Positions 10,616 to 19,955 of a stretch of DNA of 54,125 nucleotides are shown here, piece by piece. Source of the DNA: a virus (Duplodnaviria; Caudoviricetes); the IMG/VR virus record IMGVR_UViG_3300048834_001323, positions 1-54,125 of that record. One strand, written 5' to 3'. Made by a program: the position numbers and the translations under genes. A model generated the notes under the pieces. That model worked only from the letters and a program-made list of their open reading frames with translations. It searched no databases and had not been told where the DNA came from. How positions within the stretch are numbered: position 1 is the stretch's first letter; the number at the start of each line of letters is the position of its first letter.

Positions 10616-11941
10616 ATGACAAGAGGCGCATCAGCGGCGAGACAGAAGTATCTCATTACTGTTCCAGAACTTCGGGCTGGAGAATTTGATTACGGCGGCG
10701 ATGCTACCTTTGCCGCCGACTTCAACACCGATGGCACCGGTCTTGATTTCATTCAACGCTATGCCGAGCATAAGCCCGATGGGTTTTTGTCTTTGTCCGG
10801 CGCGGCTTTGGTTGGAGACGAAGGACAGTTCCAGGGAACCTTCATGCCGCATTACGAATTGATGGAATTTCGTTTGCGTGCGATCTGTGGCGCTCCGGTC
10901 GAAACGACTTTGGGCGATGGACGCCGCCAACTGGTCTTCAAGCTCCCTGAGTTCGGTCGCGTCAACCGAGAAACCTTCAGCGGCTACTATGGCGCGGAAG
11001 AAATCGCCTATGAATTGCTTTACGGCAAGATCATGTCGCTGTCGATGGAGTCGGTTCGATCCGGCGATGTCGGCGGCTCCATGACGATGCACTTCAACCG
11101 CATTCGCCGGGGTCTTGCGATGTATGGCGCAGCAGCGGCCAATGCTCAGTTCACCATCACCAACAACGGTGCGACCGGCGATCTGGAAGTCGATGTTTCG
11201 GTCAATGGCGGCGCGGCCCAAACACTGACGGTCGCTGATGATGACGTGGCTGCTGATGTTCAAGCGTCTCTCATTGCCTTGAGCAACGTAGTGGCTGCGA
11301 CTTGCGTTGAGACCAATGGCGTTTTCGTTTGCACTATCACCGATCCTACCAACACGCGCGTCAGCGCCTACAAAGCGACTGGTGCGGCTGGATGGACTGT
11401 GACTAATACGGTGCTTGGAAGCAGCGGCATCCCGGCCCTTTCGATGCCTGACGGTGAATACATCGAATCTTCGCATGGCCTGGTTTACTTTGCGACGGAT
11501 TACGCCGACCTGCAAAGCATTGACATGGGCGACGATGAAGATTATGTGCATGACGACCCGCACATCATCGACACCATTCAGGGACACACCTTTTCTTTGG
11601 ACGCATTGGTGAATCCGCTCTATTTCGAGGATCGCACTTTGAATCCCGCGTCTCATGTTGACGGCGAAACCAACATCAGCAGCACCTTCACCATGCCTGA
11701 AGATAACAATGGCCCTGCCAACAATCTCTTCAACCTGGCGTATGGCTGCTCGGTGACGCCGTTCTTTAGTCGCCAAGCGTGGCGCTGTGGGCCGCGCGAG
11801 TTCTGGTTCGATATGTATGGCGGTCGCAACGATGCCCCAAGCAGCGCCAACGATCAGAACGTGGCTCAATGGGTCTTCAATCAGCGCCGCTTCTACAACG
11901 CGAACGGCAGCGCCGTATTCACCCTGCGCCTCCCGGCGTAA
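10616..11941 (+). CDS. Major tail (tube) protein with inserted surface domain
   Basis: Lies before chaperone and tape measure; ATG 10616 after AAGG; beta-rich with a central T/V/A insert. Confidence 0.7.
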   Translation: MTRGASAARQKYLITVPELRAGEFDYGGDATFAADFNTDGTGLDFIQRYAEHKPDGFLSLSGAALVGDEGQFQGTFMPHYELMEFRLRAICGAPVETTLGDGRRQLVFKLPEFGRVNRETFSGYYGAEEIAYELLYGKIMSLSMESVRSGDVGGSMTMHFNRIRRGLAMYGAAAANAQFTITNNGATGDLEVDVSVNGGAAQTLTVADDDVAADVQASLIALSNVVAATCVETNGVFVCTITDPTNTRVSAYKATGAAGWTVTNTVLGSSGIPALSMPDGEYIESSHGLVYFATDYADLQSIDMGDDEDYVHDDPHIIDTIQGHTFSLDALVNPLYFEDRTLNPASHVDGETNISSTFTMPEDNNGPANNLFNLAYGCSVTPFFSRQAWRCGPREFWFDMYGGRNDAPSSANDQNVAQWVFNQRRFYNANGSAVFTLRLPA

Positions 11942-11947
11942 ACAGAT

Positions 11948-11990
11948 GGAGCGGGAGTGGATTTTCTTCCCATGTTGCCACTCCCGCTCC
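11948..11990 (+). promoter_or_regulatory. 13-bp perfect stem-loop between tail tube and chaperone genes
   Basis: GGAGCGGGAGTGG / CCACTCCCGCTCC with a 17-nt loop; no U-tract. Confidence 0.7.
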
Positions 11991-12067
11991 GGTCTCACCA
12001 ATGACGCACAACATAGGCTAACGCCTTGCAAAGCATGGGAAAAATAATTACAGGAGTTGTAAACAAC

Positions 12068-13003
12068 ATGGGAAAAATTTTGAAGTTTCCAGACCCCGTT
12101 GATAAAAACGGGGAAGTCTTAACCGCCGAACAAATTGAAGAAATGTCGCAAGAAGCGGAATATATCGAAGTGCCGGTTGTGCTTGGTTCTGATACGGTCA
12201 AATGTTCCGTCGCTGTTGATTTTGAAAAGGTCGGCGCAAGCGAAGATCGTGCCTACCAGAAATTCAAAAGCAAGCTGCTTCGTTCGATGGATAGCGTGTT
12301 CAAGGAAGTTGCCCCTAAAAACTCTAAGTTCACTAATGTCCAGGCCGAAGAAAACGAAGCGCGCGAAAATCTTGCCATCATGGAAAAGATGATGGACTTG
12401 CTGCCGGAACAAACGGACGTGATGTTGAACTTACTTTTCCCGCAGGGCGAGTATTTCGATCAGATCATTTTGGGCCACAACATTCCTAATGTTCCCCAAA
12501 CCGGAACGGAACTTAAAAAATGGTTTGAAGGTGGCGCGCGGAACTCTCGTATGGTGCTGGAGGCCATTGTTGCGGCATACGACCCTACCAACCCTCTCGC
12601 CGGGATGCAACGGGCAACGCGGGGAGCGATGGAGCAGATGGAGAACAAGACGCCGGAGCAGATCGTGGAGATGGCAAAAATCGCCTCGGCAGAGACGGCA
12701 AGCCCCTCTCCGAATCTGACCTTGCTGCCGACCGATACGAGCGAGACTTCCTCCTCGACATCGCAAGGTCTTGGCGATGTCGAAATGGAGGCGGGGAGTT
12801 CGATATGCGAAACGGAGAAACCGTTGTCTACCGACTCGCCCTCTCCCTCAATTATCAGCGAAACAATCAGTCAGGAAGTGCCGACAGAGGATTCGTCCCC
12901 TGGTGGTGCCAATCATTGTGGCTCTGTGAAAAATACGGAAACGCAAGAGATTTTGGAGTTGACTTCTCCCGATACATCTGGAGACGCCGCGCCGCAATCC
13001 TGA
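12068..13003 (+). CDS. Tail assembly chaperone (gpG-like)
   Basis: Between tail tube and tape measure; ATG 12068 after AGGAG; low-complexity S/T/P C-terminus. Confidence 0.65.
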   Translation: MGKILKFPDPVDKNGEVLTAEQIEEMSQEAEYIEVPVVLGSDTVKCSVAVDFEKVGASEDRAYQKFKSKLLRSMDSVFKEVAPKNSKFTNVQAEENEARENLAIMEKMMDLLPEQTDVMLNLLFPQGEYFDQIILGHNIPNVPQTGTELKKWFEGGARNSRMVLEAIVAAYDPTNPLAGMQRATRGAMEQMENKTPEQIVEMAKIASAETASPSPNLTLLPTDTSETSSSTSQGLGDVEMEAGSSICETEKPLSTDSPSPSIISETISQEVPTEDSSPGGANHCGSVKNTETQEILELTSPDTSGDAAPQS

Positions 13004-13047
13004 ATGAAGCTGAGAATCGTTCCTATTCCTGGGACAAGAAGAAATAA
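12529..13047 (+). CDS. -1 frame extension of the tail assembly chaperone (gpGT-like); frameshift point not fixed
   Basis: The -1 frame is stop-free from 12529 to 13047 and encodes a protein-like W/Y/R-rich sequence. Confidence 0.55.
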   Translation, partial: RWRAELSYGAGGHCCGIRPYQPSRRDATGNAGSDGADGEQDAGADRGDGKNRLGRDGKPLSESDLAADRYERDFLLDIARSWRCRNGGGEFDMRNGETVVYRLALSLNYQRNNQSGSADRGFVPWWCQSLWLCEKYGNARDFGVDFSRYIWRRRAAILNEAENRSYSWDKKK

Positions 13048-13054
13048 GGAAGAT

Positions 13055-13098
13055 AATGGCTCCAAGCATAGTAATTCATGCTATGGGGCCATTTTTTT
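13055..13098 (+). terminator. Rho-independent terminator
   Basis: AATGGCTCCA-AGCAT..ATGCT-A-TGGGGCCATT hairpin ending in a T run, just after the 13047 stop. Confidence 0.7.
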
Positions 13099-13109
13099 AA
13101 GGTGGCATT

Positions 13110-13607
13110 ATGGGCGATTGGAACATTGATACTTCGTGGTTAGATCGGCTCAAGGAAGACTTTGCCATCGAAGGCCAGTTGCTATGCGATGAAGCCGCTG
13201 AAGAAGTCATGGCGCGTGCTAAGGCGCGTATCCCGCAGCCGGGGATGAGTAAGGGCTACGCGACCGGAGCGGCCAAAGAAAGTGGCTACACGGCCAATCC
13301 TCGCACCAGTGGCTACGATCAAGCGATAGCGATGGCTAAGGCTGCGCCGGGAACAAGGATTGTTGAACGGGATCAGATCGAGCCGGAAGAAGTGGTGGAT
13401 GTTCATGGGCCGGATTCTTTTATGGCTATCGTTCATTTTCCGTTGACTTACGTTGATTTAATCCGCTTTGGATACTACCACGTCCAGGCAAAGAAGCAGA
13501 TACCGGGGAACGACTTTTTCTTGGCCGCACTCAATCCCGTCGAAAGAAAGTTCAATACGCAGGCGAATCGGGTTGCTCGTTACCTCATGGCGAAATACAA
13601 TCGTTGA
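13110..13607 (+). CDS. HK97 gp10-like tail/neck protein
   Basis: AEEVMARAKARIP..TGAAKESG..Y..I.FG..PGNDFFLAA pattern. Confidence 0.6.
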   Translation: MGDWNIDTSWLDRLKEDFAIEGQLLCDEAAEEVMARAKARIPQPGMSKGYATGAAKESGYTANPRTSGYDQAIAMAKAAPGTRIVERDQIEPEEVVDVHGPDSFMAIVHFPLTYVDLIRFGYYHVQAKKQIPGNDFFLAALNPVERKFNTQANRVARYLMAKYNR

Positions 13608-13657
13608 TTTTTGGTATTCTTTAAGCAGTTCTCATTACAGTTTTTATCAGGAAAATT

Positions 13658-16600
13658 ATGGCCCACGCAAAGTTTACCGGAGACGCCAAGCAGCTATTCA
13701 GCGTCATCGACCAGATCAAAAAAGAGGTAAGGTCTCTTCGAGAAGAATCGACTAAGATCAATTTCGGCTCTTCGCCTTCTGGCGGCGGCAAAGTGTCTGA
13801 TATTAGCAAGATGGCGGCTCAAAGAAGAGCGGCTTCGCAAGCTATTATCAACGGCATCAAAGAAGAAACTGCCGCAGCCATTAAAGGTGCCGCCGAAAAA
13901 AGGAAAGCGTCTCAGGATAATATCAACTATCTTAGAGAGCAGGCTTCTATGGAGACTGCTTTAGCTCAAGAAAAAAGGAAGTCTGCTGCCGAGGCTATTA
14001 AAGGTGCCGCTGAAGAACGAAAAGCGTCTCAAGCCGTAGTAAATGCAAAAAGAGAGGAGACGGCTCAGATACAGAAAGTCGCTTCTCAAAGAAAAGCTGC
14101 TTCCGAATCTGTAATACAGGGGATAAACAAAGAAATTGCTGCGCTTAAAAAGAAGACGGCGGCTCATCAGGAGTCTATTAACGCGGCTAAAGCGTCTTCT
14201 GCGGCTCAACTTGAAGCTGATAAGTTGGCTTTGTCAGGCTCAAGAAAAAGGCTGTCGTTAATGCGCGAGGAAGATTATGCAAAGCAGCGCGCCAAGAAAG
14301 CCGATGTGGATTTGCAAAAGAGCGGCAGAAAGTTTCACGCAGATTGGGCCGAAGCTGCGCGTATGAATGCCGTTGGGGTGGATAAGTTCGGGAACGCGAT
14401 CAAGAAGACGGCTGCTGAAACCAAGAAGCTGCGAGGCGAGATGGGCTTGATCCGCACCGCTGCCAAAAGGTTCTTGGCGACGATGCTGGCCTTTGCAACG
14501 GGATACTTGGTCATCACCGGATTGACCAGAGCTTTTGGCGCGTTGAAGTATGCCATTCTTGACTTTAACGATCTTATATCTCGCACGCGCATTTCCTTTA
14601 CCACCATGATGGATGGAAATGCGAAGGCGGCAGACAGGCTGCTTGTTCAACTACAAAAATTCGCAGCAACGACTTCATTCTCTTTCACCGATCTTCTCCC
14701 CTTGTCCAAGCAAATGATCGCTTTGGGCGTGGCGACTAAAGATCAAGTTATTCCAGCGATGGAGGGCATCGGCGGCGCGGCTGCTGCTCTGGACGTTGGC
14801 GCCGAAGGCATGGGGCGCATCATTCGCGCTTTGGGTCAGATGGGCCAACGCGCGAGGGCCAGCGCTGAAGAATTTAATCAGCAGTTGGCCGATGTGGGCG
14901 TCAACGGTTTGAAGTATTTGGCTGAGGCTTACGGCAAAAGCCAGTCTCAAATCGTTGAATACATGAAGAAGGGCATGATCGGCGGAAAGGATGCTCAAAA
15001 GGCCGTCCTTGAAGGCTTGCGCCGGGAATACTCCAAGCACCTTAAAGCTCAGGAAAATGAGTTTTCCGTTTCGTGGAGCAATATCAAAGACTCGGCTACG
15101 GTCGTGGTGGCTCAGGCGTTCAAGCCGATGTTCTCCTCCTTGTCCAAGTTCACCAAAGAAATATCCGATATTGTTTCAACTGATGCGTTTGCTAAATGGG
15201 CGCAAGATACGGCTACCAGAGTTCAGGTCTTTGGCGGCAAGATACTCGGTGTCTTCAAAGTTATTTACGATTTTCTGACCAGCGGAAGCCCGTTGGCTCA
15301 GGCCGCTTTATATGGCTTAACCGCAGCGATTATCCGCATGGCGGTCGTGGCTATTTTTGGCTCCCTCTGGTCTTCTATTGCCGTCATTGCAACATGGGTT
15401 TCTTCCATTGTTGTAGGGATGTGGACTGCCGGAGCCGCTGTAGTTACTTTTGTTAGAACTGCAACGATTGCTTCCCTGTGGGCCAGGTTTACAGCAGTGT
15501 TAGCCGCAGCGCGTCTTGCGGTCGTTACATTCGGCACAACCTCAGCCACTTCATTTATTGTCGCCGGAGGCCCATTAGCATGGCTCATCGCCGCCATCGC
15601 TGCGTTTGGCATTGCTTGGGCCACTAATCTTGGTGGCATACGCGACCTAACGTCTAAATGGGCGCGCGGCATCGTTGAAGCTATTGCCGGAGCGTATGAC
15701 TGGATCGCTGAAAAAACTGGCGGAGAAGGCGGCTTTCTTGCGTCCACCAAAAGTTATCTCGATAATGGTGGATTCGATAAAGACATGGCGTCTCTCAAGT
15801 CAACTCTTGTCAGCACATTAGCTTTGCCGTCATTCGATATTAAGAGGATGCTGGCGGATGCCAATAAGGAAATCGCAGCGGCTTTCAAGAATGCTCCGTC
15901 CATTCCCGGCATCACTCCGGCAAAACTCCTTCCCGAAAAAGATGACGGCGAAAAAAGAAGAAAGGCCGCTGCCGCTGCTGCCGCGCGACTGGAGAAAGAC
16001 AAGCTCCAAGATATGATCGCCATGTATGACCAGTTGGCGAAAGCGGTCGAAGACTCCACCAAGCGTCAGATGGGCGCGCTCACATCTCTGCGCGACAAGT
16101 TGCGCGATTTGTTCGGCACCATGCAGGACACGTTGCTCAAAGAGGGCGTCATCACCAACCCGCTTGGGCCGCTGATTTCATCTTTTGAGAGGTTTATTTC
16201 GCTCGGCTCCCGGATGAAGGAAGTCGTCAACAAAGCAAGGCTTTCTTTGGACGCTATCGGTAACGCACGCGCGCCTTTCCAAAGCCGCCTCGACACGATG
16301 AGTGGCGGCGATGGATCGGGAGTAGGATACAGCGGCGGAGGAGCGACTTCAGGCGGTTCTTCCGGTAGCTCGAAAGGCGAGGCTATCGCCAGGATTGCGG
16401 CTGCTCGGATTGCCAGCGGCGAAGCTCGTAATTTTGTTCGATTGTGCCAAAGACTTGCCCGAACAACCGTTCAGCAGGTTTCCGATGCCTACAATCGTTA
16501 TTTCTCAGGTAGCGCTAAATCGACCATGAGGAATTTTCAGAAGGCCGGTATCGGAGGTAGATACAAGCCGGGGATGAAGTTGGCTCCCGGAAGCCTGCTG

Positions 16601-19273
16601 TATTCAAGCACGATGGGAGGTGGCTACGGCCATGTTCAGACCATCGGGCCAAACGGCGAGCGGATTGATCAACACGGCGTTAATAAATTCAAGCAATCTA
16701 ACTTCCAGTGGTTTGTTCCGCCTCCGGGCGGTAGAGTTTCCGCAGGCTCCAAAGCTCCTAAGTATCTTCCTAAAAACAATGCCGCCGCCATCTCCTCGAC
16801 CGGCAACGGAGGCGGCGCTGACCCTCGCGCTTTCTTGGCCGAAATGGTTAGTTCCATTGACGGCACCCTGTCTAAAATCAGCGCTGTTCCTAAAGCGTGG
16901 GGTGCTGCGGTGCGCGATACAGGGCAAAACACAACTCGCTTCATGGCTCAGACTATGCTGGCTAATACCGAGTTGCAGCAGATGTTTATCGCCCTCGCCG
17001 GTCAAAAGAAGTTCGATGAGTTTGCAGCGAAGCTCCGCAAGACCGCAAACCAAATGGACTTTATGGTTAATCGCACCAAAGCGGTTAATGCAGCGCTCGA
17101 TGAAATGCAGGACAATCGGAAGAAAATCGCCTTATCTCAAATGGGCGATAATCCCGTTAATGCTCTGGAATTAGAGTTTGCTCCGGGCGGTAAATACGCA
17201 GACTTGCCGACTCGTGCCAAGAAAGCGCAAGAACAGGCGAACGCCGACTTAATCAAAAGAATGATAAAGTCAGGCGCGGTTAGCTCTCGCACTAATATCC
17301 CTGATGTAGCTAAAGCGACCAAAGAGGATTTACGCGCTTCCACTTACGCTGGCGTGGCGGAAAAAGCCCGTCGCGCAACCGAAGACTTCACCAAAGCTCA
17401 AAACGATCAAATTGCCATTCTCGATGTGTCCAATAAGTATCTTAAACAAAATAGTTACAATCAGATTGAGCTTTCACGAGCCGTTGAAGTTGCTAAGTTT
17501 GAGCAGGAGCAATACAACCAACTCATCAAAGACGGTGTGAAGGATGCCGACGCTAAAAATCAAGTCGCCTTGCGCTCGATCAGCTTCCAGGCCGCATACG
17601 ATCAAGCTCTCAGCACCAATGCTCTGACCGAATACTCGCAGCGGATGAACGATCTCACCAAAGAGTATGCGGCTCTTAATGATGAGAGCGTTCAGCAAAT
17701 CGCTCACAGGGCCGTCTTTGGCCGGGACGATGCCGGATACCTCGACAGCTTGCAGTTGGAAGCGGAGTATGTGGCGCGCGTAGCTTACGGGTTGGCTCAG
17801 ATCAACAAAGAGCAGATGGGAAGAAAGCGCGATCAAGGGGATTCTTTCGCGTTACTTGGTCAGAAATCCGATATTGCCGGTAAGGGCTTGTTCGGCGCGG
17901 CTTTCGATGAAGAAGCAACCCGAATCGCCACATTCATGTCCCGTCGCAATGAAATCTTCCGTAGAACAGGGGATAGTGCCTACGCCTTGAAAACAGCCGA
18001 GGACGAAGCCTTCTCCGAGATGATAATTAACCGTTTGGCTAAAATGGTCGATTATCAAAAGGAACACAATCAGGCGATCTACGAAACGGCTCTTTCTTAT
18101 CAGTTGGCGACGATCAAGGCCGGTATCTACAACACGACTGTTTCAGGCTCTTTTGACCAGGAAAAGTTGCTGGCGTATGCTGAAGCCGAAGACGCCGCCC
18201 GTAAAGAAGCTAAAGCAAATAATTGGAATAACGATCAATTACGCGAAAGCATTCGGCTTCGCAAGCAAGACATTGATTTAAGGATGGCCGGTAATAAAGT
18301 CAGCGAGGCTTCAAGCCGTAATTTAGCAATGGCGAATCAGTTGATTGATATTCGCGCGTCTTACGCTCAAGCACAACGAGAGCTTACGGCAGATTCCGGG
18401 CATTACAGCAATCTTGTCGATCAGTTGGAGATCGAAAAAGAGAAAATGATAGCTGCGGGGAAGTGGGTCGAATTAACTGAAGAACAAATCCAACTTCAGG
18501 ACGAATTATACGATAAAGCGAAAAAGATGGATCAACTCGCCATCACGAAAATAACGATGGGCCTTCAACAACAGATCGAGGCAATGTCTTACACGGCAGG
18601 CGCGGCGCGCGATGCGTTCAACCGAAGCGCCGAGCTTGACCGGATGCCGGGAATGACTGCCGAAACCCGCGATCAAATCATGGGTATGGAAACATACCTG
18701 CTTGGGCTGCAAAGAACAGAAGAAGCAACACGCGATTGGGCCGATAATGTGCGAGGCATCTTTGACAGCGCCTTGAATAATATCTACGAAACAGGATTCG
18801 GGAGCTTCTTTAGCAATGTGCTAAACGGCTTCGTGGATTTATTCAACAAGATTTCTTCTCAAATCCTGTCAGCGATGGCGACGAAGATGCTGATGAACTT
18901 AATTCCGGGCATGGGCGGCTTTGGCGGCATGATTACCGGCGCGGCCTCAGCGCCGATGTCGTTTGCCAGCGGAGCCAGCCGGATTCCGTTTGACGGGATG
19001 CCTGCCATACTGCACCGCAACGAAGCGGTTCTTAATGCAGCGCAGGCCGAAGATTGGCGCAGGAGCCAGAGCGTAATTGGTCGCGGCGGAAACACTTCTT
19101 TTGGTCGCGGCGGAGATTCTTCGATTGTAATCAATGTCGGAAACGTCAATACTCCCGATGCAAGGAAGTTTATGGCCGACATGGAAGGCGTGGCCGCGCA
19201 ACGGGGCCAGTCGCCATCGCGCCGCACCACCACAAAAAACATGAGAAAGACGGTTGACTCAGCACGAGGATAA
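13658..19273 (+). CDS. Tape measure protein with internal CHAP-like domain
   Basis: 1871 aa, Ala-rich and helical; tape-measure core (FAATTSFSF..ALGQM), hydrophobic central segment, C-terminal FASG..ILHRNEAVL. Confidence 0.92.
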   Translation: MAHAKFTGDAKQLFSVIDQIKKEVRSLREESTKINFGSSPSGGGKVSDISKMAAQRRAASQAIINGIKEETAAAIKGAAEKRKASQDNINYLREQASMETALAQEKRKSAAEAIKGAAEERKASQAVVNAKREETAQIQKVASQRKAASESVIQGINKEIAALKKKTAAHQESINAAKASSAAQLEADKLALSGSRKRLSLMREEDYAKQRAKKADVDLQKSGRKFHADWAEAARMNAVGVDKFGNAIKKTAAETKKLRGEMGLIRTAAKRFLATMLAFATGYLVITGLTRAFGALKYAILDFNDLISRTRISFTTMMDGNAKAADRLLVQLQKFAATTSFSFTDLLPLSKQMIALGVATKDQVIPAMEGIGGAAAALDVGAEGMGRIIRALGQMGQRARASAEEFNQQLADVGVNGLKYLAEAYGKSQSQIVEYMKKGMIGGKDAQKAVLEGLRREYSKHLKAQENEFSVSWSNIKDSATVVVAQAFKPMFSSLSKFTKEISDIVSTDAFAKWAQDTATRVQVFGGKILGVFKVIYDFLTSGSPLAQAALYGLTAAIIRMAVVAIFGSLWSSIAVIATWVSSIVVGMWTAGAAVVTFVRTATIASLWARFTAVLAAARLAVVTFGTTSATSFIVAGGPLAWLIAAIAAFGIAWATNLGGIRDLTSKWARGIVEAIAGAYDWIAEKTGGEGGFLASTKSYLDNGGFDKDMASLKSTLVSTLALPSFDIKRMLADANKEIAAAFKNAPSIPGITPAKLLPEKDDGEKRRKAAAAAAARLEKDKLQDMIAMYDQLAKAVEDSTKRQMGALTSLRDKLRDLFGTMQDTLLKEGVITNPLGPLISSFERFISLGSRMKEVVNKARLSLDAIGNARAPFQSRLDTMSGGDGSGVGYSGGGATSGGSSGSSKGEAIARIAAARIASGEARNFVRLCQRLARTTVQQVSDAYNRYFSGSAKSTMRNFQKAGIGGRYKPGMKLAPGSLLYSSTMGGGYGHVQTIGPNGERIDQHGVNKFKQSNFQWFVPPPGGRVSAGSKAPKYLPKNNAAAISSTGNGGGADPRAFLAEMVSSIDGTLSKISAVPKAWGAAVRDTGQNTTRFMAQTMLANTELQQMFIALAGQKKFDEFAAKLRKTANQMDFMVNRTKAVNAALDEMQDNRKKIALSQMGDNPVNALELEFAPGGKYADLPTRAKKAQEQANADLIKRMIKSGAVSSRTNIPDVAKATKEDLRASTYAGVAEKARRATEDFTKAQNDQIAILDVSNKYLKQNSYNQIELSRAVEVAKFEQEQYNQLIKDGVKDADAKNQVALRSISFQAAYDQALSTNALTEYSQRMNDLTKEYAALNDESVQQIAHRAVFGRDDAGYLDSLQLEAEYVARVAYGLAQINKEQMGRKRDQGDSFALLGQKSDIAGKGLFGAAFDEEATRIATFMSRRNEIFRRTGDSAYALKTAEDEAFSEMIINRLAKMVDYQKEHNQAIYETALSYQLATIKAGIYNTTVSGSFDQEKLLAYAEAEDAARKEAKANNWNNDQLRESIRLRKQDIDLRMAGNKVSEASSRNLAMANQLIDIRASYAQAQRELTADSGHYSNLVDQLEIEKEKMIAAGKWVELTEEQIQLQDELYDKAKKMDQLAITKITMGLQQQIEAMSYTAGAARDAFNRSAELDRMPGMTAETRDQIMGMETYLLGLQRTEEATRDWADNVRGIFDSALNNIYETGFGSFFSNVLNGFVDLFNKISSQILSAMATKMLMNLIPGMGGFGGMITGAASAPMSFASGASRIPFDGMPAILHRNEAVLNAAQAEDWRRSQSVIGRGGNTSFGRGGDSSIVINVGNVNTPDARKFMADMEGVAAQRGQSPSRRTTTKNMRKTVDSARG

Positions 19274-19274
19274 C

Positions 19275-19955
19275 ATGAGAACTTGGAACAATACCTACCC
19301 TATATTTAACGATAGCATTATTCAGGAATCAGTCGGGAGCCTTCAGTTTTCGACGAAGCGATTCGTGGCCCGTAAGTCCGAGTCCCGCAGCCGGAGCGCG
19401 TTTAAGGATTACTGGATTCTTGACCTGTCAAATCTCTTGCTGAGTCCTGAACAATACGAAGAAATACTCGCTTTCAACATGGCGAGTGTCGGCGCTTTGA
19501 AAGAGATACTCGTTCGTAATGCCCGGTGGTGCCTGCTGGAAAGTTACGATCTGATTCCGGCTTTGATTGACCCCATCGAAGGCGATGCTTCAAAGTTCCA
19601 ACTGGCAAAGACGGTAGAGTATCAGGGGCGCGAGTTTAGCTATGATGTCCATTTTCCTAACTACAACTACCCGCCACTCATCGACCTGAACAAAGAAGAT
19701 TGGACACCTCTTCCTGAATTGCAGATATGGGTCGGAGGGGTAGAGCGGCTGACCGGATGGACGGTAGATCGCAACAGTGGCATCGTTACTTTTACATCGA
19801 ATATCCCCGCTCAGATCGAGGCGACCGGAGGCTTCTATACGAAGATGATCGCTCCTGACGCCATTCCGGTTACGCTGGATGGGCCGATGTTTCGCGTCAG
19901 CGGCTCGGTCAATTTCATCGAGCCGTTCGAGGGCGTAGAGGAGTTCTTAGGATAA
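19275..19955 (+). CDS. Distal tail protein (DUF2460/GTA-like)
   Basis: Follows tape measure; GDASKFQLAK and WTVDRNSGIVTF motifs; ATG 19275 after GAGGA. Confidence 0.7.
   Translation: MRTWNNTYPIFNDSIIQESVGSLQFSTKRFVARKSESRSRSAFKDYWILDLSNLLLSPEQYEEILAFNMASVGALKEILVRNARWCLLESYDLIPALIDPIEGDASKFQLAKTVEYQGREFSYDVHFPNYNYPPLIDLNKEDWTPLPELQIWVGGVERLTGWTVDRNSGIVTFTSNIPAQIEATGGFYTKMIAPDAIPVTLDGPMFRVSGSVNFIEPFEGVEEFLG

Noticed and set aside
10631-12031. 466-aa antisense ORF
   Set aside because: Shadow of the tail tube gene; no motifs
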